This document shows, piece by piece, positions 49,801 through 58,480 of a DNA stretch of 64,000 nucleotides. The position numbers and the translations under genes were made by a program. Source of the stretch: an uncultured archaeon (lineage in GTDB: Archaea > Aenigmatarchaeota > Aenigmatarchaeia > QMZP01 > JACQNV01); NCBI GenBank assembly GCA_964410585.1, contig CAYPFW010000001.1, positions 160,001 through 224,000 on the forward strand, given 5' to 3'. Position 1 is the first letter of the stretch, and every line of letters starts with the position of its first letter. The notes under the pieces were generated by a model that saw only the letters and a list, made by a program, of their open reading frames with translations, made no database searches and was not told the DNA's origin.

Positions 49801-52800
49801 TAAACCACCATTATAGTTTGTGTTTTTCGGACTAATTGCAATATCCTCCTGTGGGACAAAAGTTGGTGGATTTATGTATGGTACATCAAAGACAAAAGTT
49901 GTTCTAGGGACTTTATCTCCAGTAAATTGAACAAGTTGTCCATTCTTTTTCTCAACAACTATCCAATAGCTTCTTTTCCCGTTTCCTTCGTCTTCATTTC
50001 TCACAAATTTCTGATTTTGGTTCCAAATCCCAACCCACTCATCGTTTGGTGTATCAATTGCAAAGGCGTAGACTCCATCTGGTTTTGAGGACAGATCCAA
50101 AACAAGTTTTGTCCCAATCAAAGGAAGCTTTATACTCCTCATCCATGCATCAAATGGACCAGCTGCTCTAAACTCTTTTCCTACTAAACTATCCGGAACA
50201 AATTTCTGATCATTTTTGTAGAGTGCATTTTTGTAAATTTCTATTTCCATTTTCAGACCATTTATTTTTATTCTGTTGTCATCAATATGATCATTTAGTA
50301 AAAGCTTGTTTTTGTCAACTTGTTTATCTGTCTGCTTTATTCCTGTTTCTGTTTTTTCAAAAACAAGATAGATTGAACCGTCTGGCTCTAGTCTTATGTT
50401 TTTTGGGTCATTGTTGCTCAAACCTAGCCAGTAAGAATTGGAATCAGGCGAAGCCTGATTCTGGGTACCTCCATCGTCTGAAACGAACCCACCACCAAAC
50501 ACAAATCCAATTGGATATTTTTCATCTGACAAATCAACAAAAATGTTTCCAGAGGAATCAACAGAAGCTGGGATCATCTTTTTCCAGCCATCAAAATATC
50601 CTGTGAAATAAATATTTTTTCCAATTGGATTGTAAGTTGTCTCTTGTCCATTTTTGTACCAAATTCTTTTATCAGAATATTTCACAGTTAGCTTGTTTCC
50701 CTGGACCAATAAATCAGCACCGTCAACCCAATCTTTCAAAACATTCCCAGTTACTAAAGTAGGATTTTCAGAGGCAGGATATGGTTTTTTGTTTTGGATG
50801 TTTACAATTATTTTATTTGAGCCTGCTGCTGCTTTTATCAGGCCACCGCTTTCTTGAGATATCCATAACCACTGTCCTTTGCAAACAGGTGAACCATCTT
50901 CTGAATATTTTATATCAAAGACGTAATTTCCGTCTGGAAGATTAAAACTGGATATATCAAAAACAACTTGGTCGCCACTAATTGTTCCTATAATTGCCTG
51001 GTCATTTGACCAACCTTCAAAAGTACCAACCAATCTAAATTTCCCACTTCTTTGCTCAAAAACTGTCCCTGATTTTTCAGAATAACTCCCCGATTTTGTA
51101 TAGCAATCCTCGTTTGAATTTGAATTTATATCAGAAACAGTGAGTTTGCTGAACCCATCGATGACTAACTTTTCGTTTTGTATGAAAACATTCATTTGGT
51201 TCAAGTATGGTTGATCTAAAAGCTTTAAAGAAAGGGGCGCTGTATATGTTTTTCCAGCAAAAACAACCGAACCTGATTTTAGTATATTGTCTTCTACAAG
51301 CGCGTTTCTAATTTCCATGTTTTTAATTGATGATCTTGTTATCGTAGAATCAAAAACTTTTGAATCAATTATATCAGAACCAGTTACTGTAGACCTTTCA
51401 ACAACAGATGGGTCGACAAAAGAGTCAATGACTTGGGAATTTGAAATTGTTGATTGAAGAATGTCCGAATTTTTTACAGTTGAATGTTGGATTACAGAAT
51501 TTTCAGATGTTGATAATTCTAAATTTGCCTGTGTTAATGTTGATGTCCTGACACTAGAAACAATAACAGAAGAATCTAAAGATATTTGAGAATCCTTTGA
51601 TATTAGAGAGCCTTCTGTGTTTGATTTTGGATTTATCAATTCAATTGGTCCAACAACAACATCAACCCAATCATGTTCAGCAAAATACCAGTCTGATATT
51701 CCTCCTTCAGCCATAGGAGAAGGATCTGCTGTTGAACTTTTATAAAAATCAAGCCCCCATTGCCAGGATGCATCTCCAGTTGCTTTCACCTTCGCTCTCA
51801 TTTCTATTGTTTTAGATCCGGGAGGAATTACATCACGTGGGAATTTTGTTCCCCATGGATGCAAAACTTCATTTGGATATTTATATACAGGAGCAACAAG
51901 ATTCCCGTTTTCAACATAAAAAATATCCTGACCTCTAAGTTTTGTGCCAAACCAAGGATTTATTGTCCAAGAACCACCAAATGGTGTTGTTCCAGAATCA
52001 AATTTGTCCTCGGCAATTATCGTTTCTATTCCAAGCTCATCTTTCACAACAAGCTGCATATAATCGATAAGAACTTCGCCTGTTTTTCCGCCTGGAATTA
52101 GCACAGCATTTCCCATTGGTATAGCTGATGTTTGATCTGTGATTTCCAGTGATTTTAGATAATAACCTTTTTTCCTGATTGATGAAGGATGAAGCCGTGT
52201 TTCATCTGATGGCTTTCCTATTGTACCAGAACAAAAATCAGAATTTGTCCATGTCCTTGAATACTCACATTGATTATTACATGAAACTGTCCACTTTGTC
52301 GATTGCCAATTTGTTTGATCACATGTTTTTGTGTACACACAATCAACGTCTTTTATTTTTGTTTGATCTCCTAAACAGTTTCCTATTTTTGTATAAGTTT
52401 CTGTTTTCTTGTTATTTGATTGACAAGTTCCTAAAGAAGATAAAATATAATCAGAATCTGTACAAGTAGGGAGCTGTTGGTTTTGTATGCAAACACCATT
52501 TGAACATCCATTTGGACAAACATATCCGCCAATAGCCAATGATCCATCCGGACTGCAATAGCCTTCCTGTACTTGGTTTTGATCTACACAAACATCTTCA
52601 TGTGTTCTAAAAGCTTTTTGAGTATCACCTGAATATGGGCCACTGGATACTGATTTTATAAAATAGTTCAGACCATCAGAATCTTCGCATTTTGGTGGAG
52701 TATAAATACACTGTTCTTTCAGCAAGAGCAAACTCTCATCCACTCTACAATTCACATCTGGATTTTTTGTATATGTTCTTGTTTTGAAATTATCTGATTG

Positions 52801-53592
52801 ACATTCTGAAAAAGACGAAAATGTAAATGTTTCATCATTAATTGGGCAAACCGGAAGACTGAGATCTACTTGTTGATTAATTGGGGTTGATTGGATATTT
52901 GTATTTTGCTTGTCACTTGATTGTGGATTTGATGAGACAGAGTTTTGTTGAATCAAGTCTGTTTGAGTTGGTGCATTATATATACAATCAATAAAAATAT
53001 CTGCCGGTTTTTGAAGCATGCTATCGGTACAAAGTGGTCCCGGATTTGTATATTTTCTTACCTGCTTACCATTTGATGGACAAACAGTAGGTTCTGGATC
53101 TCCAAGAATCCAATTAAATGAACAACCAGATGACTGACCTGTAGGCTGATTTTGATTGTTTGTGTGGTGGATTTCAGACTCAGATATACATCTTCCACTA
53201 GAGCATCCATAAACACAATCCTGAGCAATGCCTGCAACATTTTTGTTTTCACAATAACGCTCTGAGAGAACTTCTACTTTTTTTCCACTATAATCGTATG
53301 CAATATAGCAAGAATCTTCTATCTTTTTTTGTGTACCATCTGAATATGAAACAGTTACTTCTCCCTTTGTTTCATAAATTTTCCCACTATCAGAATCTGT
53401 ACAGGATACAACATCAGGTATTTTCGGAATTGGCGCAGGAGGATCATCTTTTTTCTTTTTTTCCCAAAATTTCCAACCCTTTTCCCAATCTTCCCAAAAC
53501 TTCCAACCCTTTGCCTGGGTTTGTGGAACATTTAGCAAGGAAGCTACAAATATAACAAGAATTAATAGGGCTACTAGCTGTATCCCTTTCAT
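46819..53592 (-). CDS. Giant secreted multidomain surface protein with C-terminal RelA/SpoT-like domain
   Basis: Signal peptide; CxDSDG...C..GC..G.C repeats; Ser-rich pentapeptide run; about 5 G.F..W...D...PDG.Y domains; C-terminal D.V.KRI, GFRA, EVQITT, W..WDH..IYK. Confidence 0.8.
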   Translation of the reverse strand: MKGIQLVALLILVIFVASLLNVPQTQAKGWKFWEDWEKGWKFWEKKKKDDPPAPIPKIPDVVSCTDSDSGKIYETKGEVTVSYSDGTQKKIEDSCYIAYDYSGKKVEVLSERYCENKNVAGIAQDCVYGCSSGRCISESEIHHTNNQNQPTGQSSGCSFNWILGDPEPTVCPSNGKQVRKYTNPGPLCTDSMLQKPADIFIDCIYNAPTQTDLIQQNSVSSNPQSSDKQNTNIQSTPINQQVDLSLPVCPINDETFTFSSFSECQSDNFKTRTYTKNPDVNCRVDESLLLLKEQCIYTPPKCEDSDGLNYFIKSVSSGPYSGDTQKAFRTHEDVCVDQNQVQEGYCSPDGSLAIGGYVCPNGCSNGVCIQNQQLPTCTDSDYILSSLGTCQSNNKKTETYTKIGNCLGDQTKIKDVDCVYTKTCDQTNWQSTKWTVSCNNQCEYSRTWTNSDFCSGTIGKPSDETRLHPSSIRKKGYYLKSLEITDQTSAIPMGNAVLIPGGKTGEVLIDYMQLVVKDELGIETIIAEDKFDSGTTPFGGSWTINPWFGTKLRGQDIFYVENGNLVAPVYKYPNEVLHPWGTKFPRDVIPPGSKTIEMRAKVKATGDASWQWGLDFYKSSTADPSPMAEGGISDWYFAEHDWVDVVVGPIELINPKSNTEGSLISKDSQISLDSSVIVSSVRTSTLTQANLELSTSENSVIQHSTVKNSDILQSTISNSQVIDSFVDPSVVERSTVTGSDIIDSKVFDSTITRSSIKNMEIRNALVEDNILKSGSVVFAGKTYTAPLSLKLLDQPYLNQMNVFIQNEKLVIDGFSKLTVSDINSNSNEDCYTKSGSYSEKSGTVFEQRSGKFRLVGTFEGWSNDQAIIGTISGDQVVFDISSFNLPDGNYVFDIKYSEDGSPVCKGQWLWISQESGGLIKAAAGSNKIIVNIQNKKPYPASENPTLVTGNVLKDWVDGADLLVQGNKLTVKYSDKRIWYKNGQETTYNPIGKNIYFTGYFDGWKKMIPASVDSSGNIFVDLSDEKYPIGFVFGGGFVSDDGGTQNQASPDSNSYWLGLSNNDPKNIRLEPDGSIYLVFEKTETGIKQTDKQVDKNKLLLNDHIDDNRIKINGLKMEIEIYKNALYKNDQKFVPDSLVGKEFRAAGPFDAWMRSIKLPLIGTKLVLDLSSKPDGVYAFAIDTPNDEWVGIWNQNQKFVRNEDEGNGKRSYWIVVEKKNGQLVQFTGDKVPRTTFVFDVPYINPPTFVPQEDIAISPKNTNYNGGLIFTVSYVDKINAWDNVGKYTKYPLGTTDRAFYFDGEFDKWQKWVPVRKEGSTLTIDFNGFPDGLYVGDIFTDKSEWLWQSPMLPFVKTNVKNSEGYIGTHLVILKQGNELKPFNGPGTDVPVNWGWVQTKPSTANPDPIRTDVLNFYHVQIDDGKLLVKEWTDNKVSKIANGISQERIFENIPGQFVLKIGYSNVWSQLEIPGKVEGDKIVFDIRAQKLQSGDYPVNLVFNGNDGSKQWFWVEDAESRIVRKFDNYRLSIRSADNGDSILYSDGNMYLDNNKITSIVPVQQSSSGSGSVSISATCTWNSLLTDFEFFKWANEIKYGPWGSGKYKDAEGEIALKMFWQDAASTAMWSTYIDPQSFQKEFMDKRWNAVSGRLFEYVKGCANTNSGSGSSSPITMSAQSPVYDPPTSVLGWSSEEDESIYSDISDLNELTFEEFSPMTRGQAADSCNDFRGTGEEPLCTKSSDIKSLSYLRDRFRFVFTEEKIRSDGTKWFSAITSFEKGQRVRFGSGIWYEFIKKAQNDVPVSGIVGTNSPEENDAERWRYYVPISNEIDAGTHTYVEFQNIYTGRVAKIIYLKDGKSPVSIAGELFILYDLFEPFLGLPKTVEQNGKAGDGIITFADGSRIEYFENGKYGVKPFIEVNALSQNIYYISQPEDAPTLKEKAAKFASSTYSFIKDMLNVAQDSIGTDVSEDEVVSWLEAYDEIDTAITMSGIAPVMGGSKVVRFTTTSTKTALIKLIRLELKQTPKSPTILLLTKRFSIKTPLVSKLVSSGNKVALTKVEDVLEKIRRVKIPLSRVSTKLHQELNIIWPGKVKGSPKTSVSAFMKLEKDRVLTEQKLISGITEIEIKSGIRDWVRKRIVAENLNELESISKEFENRYRNIIIPYSENSIAKNTLQTGGAKGFRAKKYIMEFQGETVEVQITTKNIDKWDAWDHKKIYKTSMETDNDVIRYTKFVSDYFYDLDRGLRNLRIPDCPQKLVVRGDCFPF

Positions 53593-53650
53593 TTTGAGAA
53601 TTGATAGTAGGTTTTAAATAGGCATTTGTCCTAGTTGAGATTTACCTTGG

Positions 53651-53962
53651 TTATTCAGAAGTTGAAGAGTTGGTGGGGACTGTTCCCTGTTGCTTTCTAT
53701 ATTTCTCAATCTCTGTGAGAAGTCTTCTTCCATGATTAGGAAAAATAAAAAGCAGATTTTCGTCCCTATCAACCAATTTCTCATCGGCGGCTATTATTTC
53801 ACCAACCCACGAATTACATGTGCGGTGTTCACCAATTTCTTTATCATATATAAAATAACGAAGATCGGCTCTCGAAACATCAAAACGCCTCCTTTGTAGA
53901 AAATCTGCTACTTCTTCAACTTCCCTACTACTCAAAATGTAATCATTTCCATCTTGTCGCAT
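53651..53962 (-). CDS. Hypothetical protein upstream of the giant gene
   Basis: 103-aa ORF co-oriented with the giant gene. Confidence 0.6.
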   Translation of the reverse strand: MRQDGNDYILSSREVEEVADFLQRRRFDVSRADLRYFIYDKEIGEHRTCNSWVGEIIAADEKLVDRDENLLFIFPNHGRRLLTEIEKYRKQQGTVPTNSSTSE

Positions 53963-54002
53963 AGACTAAAATTAAACCAAAGTTTTAAATAACAAGCACA
54001 CG

Positions 54003-56582
54003 GTGCCAAAGAAGCCATCGATTAACCCTCCAAGAGACTATAAATACCAGTTTAAACCAAATATAGTTATGTCGTGTAAGAGGGGCAAAAACCAAACACA
54101 TGATGTTCTGAGAGAGATTTCTGAGAAAATTTCAGTTTCTATATTTGTAATAATAATAGCATTTGGTCTTATTTTTCCAACAGGTGTTTTAGGTGCAACT
54201 CGATTACAAGAGACCTCACAGGAATCTGTGCCTACTGAATCTTCGCCAGCAGAAACAACACCAACTGAAACTCCAACAACATCTGATTCTCCTTCTGATA
54301 CAAAATCTGAGGAAACTCGAACTGAACCATCTGAACAACCAACGGAAACCTCTGCGAGTACTGAAGCAACTCAAACAGAAACAAAACCAGAAGATAGGCC
54401 TCCTATACAGTGTCCTCCAGAACAACACCCAGAGGGCCAATCATGTGTACCAAACAGGCCAACAGATGGACAGCCATTTGGACATCCAAGAATAGAGCCA
54501 CCCCCAGGATGTAGGGTTGAGAGAAATGATGTGGGGATAGAAAGTGTAATTTGTGATCAACAAAAAATGGAACAGAAATGTCCTCAAGAAAATTTTGAAG
54601 AAATGGCAAACCAGTGTTCATCAAATGGTGGAAAACCTATTAGAGTCAATGAAGGCTTCTGCCCCTCTGTTAGATGCGAATTTTCTGATTTTTCAAAAAG
54701 GAGACAAGAACAAGTATTCAATAATTTCCAACCAACGTCTCGGCTTCAAAACCAATTTGCAGGACAACCACAAAAACAATCATGTCCTTTAGAACAGGAA
54801 ATAAGACAAACACTTGAAAGCTGCGGAAAAATTCAACAAGAACCACGTGTTATCCAATCAGGTGGTTGTCCTGTTGCAATTTGTGTCCAACCACAGAGAC
54901 CTGTTTGTGAACCTCAGCCATCTACTTGCACAAAGGGAAGACCTGTTTACGAGTTTGAAAATGGATGTCCTGTGACACGGTGTGTTGGGGAAAACGAATT
55001 TGCTTCTAGAAATGTTCAATTTGAACCACCTAAAGATGCTTATGAAAAATGTGCAGAACAGCATAATGGAAAAGGCGAATTAATTATAACAAGAGAACAG
55101 AATGGCCAAGTAGCTGATGTTAGATGTATAGGTCCAAGCTCAGATGAGGATGCTGCCTTTGAACTTCCAGAAGAAATTCCAGAATCAACTGAACTTCTTG
55201 GTATAGCGCTTAAACTAGAACAATTGAAACTAGAATTAGCAAAATTAGAACAGCAAACAAAACAAATGGCAGACAACTGGAGAGATTTGGGAAATACAGG
55301 CGAACAAGAAAGAATGAAAAGAGTTTCAAACATGTTTGGTACAGCTGATGGAAGGATAGAGGAGATAAAATCAAAAATAAGGGACAAACTCGATTCACTC
55401 ACTAAAAATGATTTGCTCGATATTAAACAAGATATAAAACAAATAAAGGATGTTCTGCTAAAAGACGCTTTGTATTTGATGTTGAGCCAGAGTGATGAAG
55501 TGAAAGAAGGGTTTACAGTAAAACTAGACGACTCAAAAAAAGCACAACAATTTAGAGAAAAGAAAAGAGTTGAATTTGAAAGAAGAGGATTTGAAGGAGA
55601 CGATGTTTTTGCAGAACAGATGAGAGAATTCAACAAATATTTCACAACATGCCAACCATACAGCTTCCAGCCTGGAGACGGACAAAGCCCACCAACAATT
55701 ACAATAGTTGGCTTGGAGGGAGATACATGTATTGTAAAAGCTGAGCAAAACAGTCTAGAATTTGGTCCGCCAGAAGGAGCAAACATACCAGAGTCAGAGA
55801 AAATAAAGTTTGATGAATTGAAAACCAAAATCAAGCAACGGCTTGGTGATCCACCATATGACATGACTTGCAAATTCGCAGACTATGCACTTGGCATGCC
55901 TGAAAAAGGACCAGGTGATGATAGGAAATCTCAATGTACTGGAAAAATGTTAGAGTTGGAGAAATTAATGGAAGAACAATTTGGTGGACCGGGAGGACCT
56001 GGAAAACGTGGACAAGAGCAGTTCCCTCAAGGATTTGAAGGACCAGGTGGATGTTCAAGCCCACAGGAATGTGAAACATACTGCCAACAACCTGGAAAAG
56101 AACAAGAATGTAGGGAAGCATTTTCTAAACTTGGTGGTGTTCCAAAAGAGGCCTTCCAGAGAGGTGAAGGTATACAAAGAAGCGGACCTGGAGGATGTAC
56201 ATCACAAGAAGAGTGCCAAGCATACTGCAGCGATCCAAGAAATGCAGATGAGTGCGGTATAAGACCAGGAGGCTTCGGCGGACAGGGATTTGGTGGACCA
56301 CAAGGTGGTTTCCGGCAAGGAGATTTCCAAAACAACTTTAATCCAGAAAATTTCAAAAATAATTTTGATCAACAAGGCGGATTCCCTCAGGGAGGTTTCC
56401 AACAAAAATGCCCAGATGGAATATGCGATGAGGCAGAACAAAGGGATCCAAACCTCTGTCCTCAAGACTGTTTTAGACAGCCTGTTGAACCACAACAAAC
56501 TCAACCAACAGAAGTTCCTCCTACTGATACAACACAAACTGAACCCAAACCAGGGGAACCAAGAACAGATCAACCAGCATAG
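54003..56582 (+). CDS. Cys-rich membrane-anchored/secreted protein with GPGGC repeats (start uncertain)
   Basis: Hydrophobic segment, T/P/E linker, many Cys, coiled coil, two GPGGC.S..EC..YC units. Confidence 0.8.
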   Translation: MPKKPSINPPRDYKYQFKPNIVMSCKRGKNQTHDVLREISEKISVSIFVIIIAFGLIFPTGVLGATRLQETSQESVPTESSPAETTPTETPTTSDSPSDTKSEETRTEPSEQPTETSASTEATQTETKPEDRPPIQCPPEQHPEGQSCVPNRPTDGQPFGHPRIEPPPGCRVERNDVGIESVICDQQKMEQKCPQENFEEMANQCSSNGGKPIRVNEGFCPSVRCEFSDFSKRRQEQVFNNFQPTSRLQNQFAGQPQKQSCPLEQEIRQTLESCGKIQQEPRVIQSGGCPVAICVQPQRPVCEPQPSTCTKGRPVYEFENGCPVTRCVGENEFASRNVQFEPPKDAYEKCAEQHNGKGELIITREQNGQVADVRCIGPSSDEDAAFELPEEIPESTELLGIALKLEQLKLELAKLEQQTKQMADNWRDLGNTGEQERMKRVSNMFGTADGRIEEIKSKIRDKLDSLTKNDLLDIKQDIKQIKDVLLKDALYLMLSQSDEVKEGFTVKLDDSKKAQQFREKKRVEFERRGFEGDDVFAEQMREFNKYFTTCQPYSFQPGDGQSPPTITIVGLEGDTCIVKAEQNSLEFGPPEGANIPESEKIKFDELKTKIKQRLGDPPYDMTCKFADYALGMPEKGPGDDRKSQCTGKMLELEKLMEEQFGGPGGPGKRGQEQFPQGFEGPGGCSSPQECETYCQQPGKEQECREAFSKLGGVPKEAFQRGEGIQRSGPGGCTSQEECQAYCSDPRNADECGIRPGGFGGQGFGGPQGGFRQGDFQNNFNPENFKNNFDQQGGFPQGGFQQKCPDGICDEAEQRDPNLCPQDCFRQPVEPQQTQPTEVPPTDTTQTEPKPGEPRTDQPA

Positions 56583-56611
56583 GATAAAAATTGATCAAAA
56601 GTTTAAGCGTC

Positions 56612-56695
56612 GTGGAAGGCGTTTAAAAAATTTTGGAGTCGAGACGACAAAATTTTTAGCCTCCTGTTTTGCTTAAGCTTTTAGGATAAAAGCTT
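56612..56695 (+). repeat. Family-B element ending at ATG 56696
   Basis: Shares an identical 37-nt 3' stretch (through the AT of the ATG) with the 27348 copy. Confidence 0.88.
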
Positions 56696-56887
56696 ATGAA
56701 AAATAAAAAAGTGGCCTTAGGCATATTGGTTTTATTGGTTCTAGCAATAGCTGTTTCCGGATGCACATCAAAACCACCAGAAGAAATTAAAAAAGAAGTT
56801 GCTAACCAAACAATAGATGTTGTAAAAAGCGTCGACAATGTGCAAAATATTTTAGACGACATTGACAAAAGTTTGAGTGGGAAATAG
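56696..56887 (+). CDS. Small lipoprotein
   Basis: MKNKK + hydrophobic stretch + VSGC. Confidence 0.8.
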   Translation: MKNKKVALGILVLLVLAIAVSGCTSKPPEEIKKEVANQTIDVVKSVDNVQNILDDIDKSLSGK

Positions 56888-57032
56888 TTTTTATTCGTTT
56901 TTTTAAAATTTTACTACTTAATATAATAAATACTTTTACTTTTTCCTGTTTTAAATGTAAAGTATTTAAGTATGTAAGTATAAAGATATAATACATATAA
57001 AAAAATTTTTATATTTTAATGAGTTGGGGGGT

Positions 57033-57791
57033 ATGGGTAGCTGGAAACTGAGACCTAGCTATCCAGTGGGCATGGCAGCAAGATATACAGATAATCCAAG
57101 AGATCATCTTAGAAGTCTAAGGGGCGATTTGAATCTAAGCTCATATGATACTTATTCTAATGCAGAATTAGATAAGGCTCTTGAAACAACTGAAAGGGTT
57201 TTTGGCGTTCTGAGACTAATTAGCCAAAGAGAAAGGGAACCTAAACAAAGAAGCGGTTTTAAGGGATTTGTTGACAGAGCAGTAGACACTTATGATAGAC
57301 TTCAATTAGCAATAAGAGGAGAGACACCTTCAACACCTGGACGCACAGGTATATTGGCAATAATTGGAAGAAAAAATCCAGCATATGAAATATCCGCACC
57401 AATGGATAGGCCAAGAGCAATACCAGTAAACGGCAGACCTTTTTTAGATCATGGAGTAGAATACATAGTTTATCAATTACAGGGAATGGCCAGATCTGGA
57501 CCAGGAGAAGTTGACGGTGCATACTGTTTTGATTTGAATGGAAACTTATTTGATGTTGGGAGAAGAATAGTAACACCTGCTGAATTTGGATTAAATGGAA
57601 CAAGCGAGGAAGTGAGAAAAATAAAAGGAACTTTAGGAACAAAACATGAGGCTGCCGCATTTGCATCTAAGCAGGGTTTGATATCTGTTGCCCTAAGCGA
57701 GGAAGTTGGAACAGTGATCACATTTATCGGTGGGAAAGTTATTCCAGACTATGTATATAGACCAGAAGGACTAGTGATCCCAGAAAGATAA
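57033..57791 (+). CDS. Diadenylate cyclase (DAC/DisA_N)-like protein
   Basis: DGA motif, GTKHEAA (variant of GTRHRAA), ALSEE.G.V. Confidence 0.8.
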   Translation: MGSWKLRPSYPVGMAARYTDNPRDHLRSLRGDLNLSSYDTYSNAELDKALETTERVFGVLRLISQREREPKQRSGFKGFVDRAVDTYDRLQLAIRGETPSTPGRTGILAIIGRKNPAYEISAPMDRPRAIPVNGRPFLDHGVEYIVYQLQGMARSGPGEVDGAYCFDLNGNLFDVGRRIVTPAEFGLNGTSEEVRKIKGTLGTKHEAAAFASKQGLISVALSEEVGTVITFIGGKVIPDYVYRPEGLVIPER

Positions 57792-57803
57792 TAGGAGGAA
57801 CAT

Positions 57804-58085
57804 ATGGGAATAGAACAATATCAGGAATTTCAAATGGAACCGACAGTAAAAAAGGCAACAATTACAATTTCAAGGGAGTCTTTTGAGAGATCAAATGATG
57901 TCGCAAGAATTTTATCAAAGGTCAGGAAAAAAGAAGTTGTGATTGCAAGCTTTACAAAAAATGATGAAGTAAAATATTCACTGCCTGCACTGAAAACAGA
58001 ATCTGAAAAACTTGGGTCACAAATGTATGCAGTGGACAATCTGCTATTTATTGTTCCTAAGGAAATTTCTTTGAGAACTGGATAA
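57804..58085 (+). CDS. SepF-like protein
   Basis: D...IL..VR..EVVIA...LK......G..Y.V.N...IVP..I matches the archaeal SepF core by eye. Confidence 0.55.
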   Translation: MGIEQYQEFQMEPTVKKATITISRESFERSNDVARILSKVRKKEVVIASFTKNDEVKYSLPALKTESEKLGSQMYAVDNLLFIVPKEISLRTG

Positions 58086-58167
58086 ATTGGTTTCTAACAA
58101 ACATTGAGAAAATAGTAAAGTTTATATTAGGGAAAAAAGAATATCTATAATTCATTTGAGGCCCTAT

Positions 58168-58284
58168 ATGTGTGATGTTTGTGGATGTACTATTTGTGAT
58201 GTTTGCAACAAAACTCCAGCTAAGTGCAAATGTGCTGGGGGTCCGAAAAGAAGGGCTCTAAAAAAGATGTGGCCATTTCCTTAA
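58168..58284 (+). CDS. Putative 38-aa Cys-rich (metallothionein-like) peptide
   Basis: Manual translation MCDVCGCTICDVCNKTPAKCKCAGGPKRRALKKMWPFP*. Confidence 0.55.
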   Translation: MCDVCGCTICDVCNKTPAKCKCAGGPKRRALKKMWPFP

Positions 58285-58479
58285 GCTTTTTCTGTGAAAA
58301 AAGTCGTGTCTCCAAGTAACAACGCGAACCTCTAATAGTTCACGAGATTGTGTGAGCATCAGCGAAACACAAGATGTGCTCACAGCTCATGTGCTGAGGC
58401 ACATGACATCTCATCATCTTTCGCATTTGGCGAGATGCTGAAATTCTTCGCTGCTGCTCGAATTTTTTTACGCCTTCCA
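58285..58479 (-). repeat. Family-B element expanded by several nested hairpins
   Basis: Minus strand starts GGAAGGCGTAAAAAAATTCGAGCAGCAGCGAAG and ends ...AAAAAGCT; internal hairpins include TCATGTGC-TGAG-GCACATGA. Confidence 0.7.
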
Positions 58480-58480
58480 T

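Noticed and set aside
56888-57020. Very AT-rich stretch as a replication origin
   Set aside because: No ORB-like repeats seen and no cdc6/orc1 nearby; more likely promoter/terminator DNA
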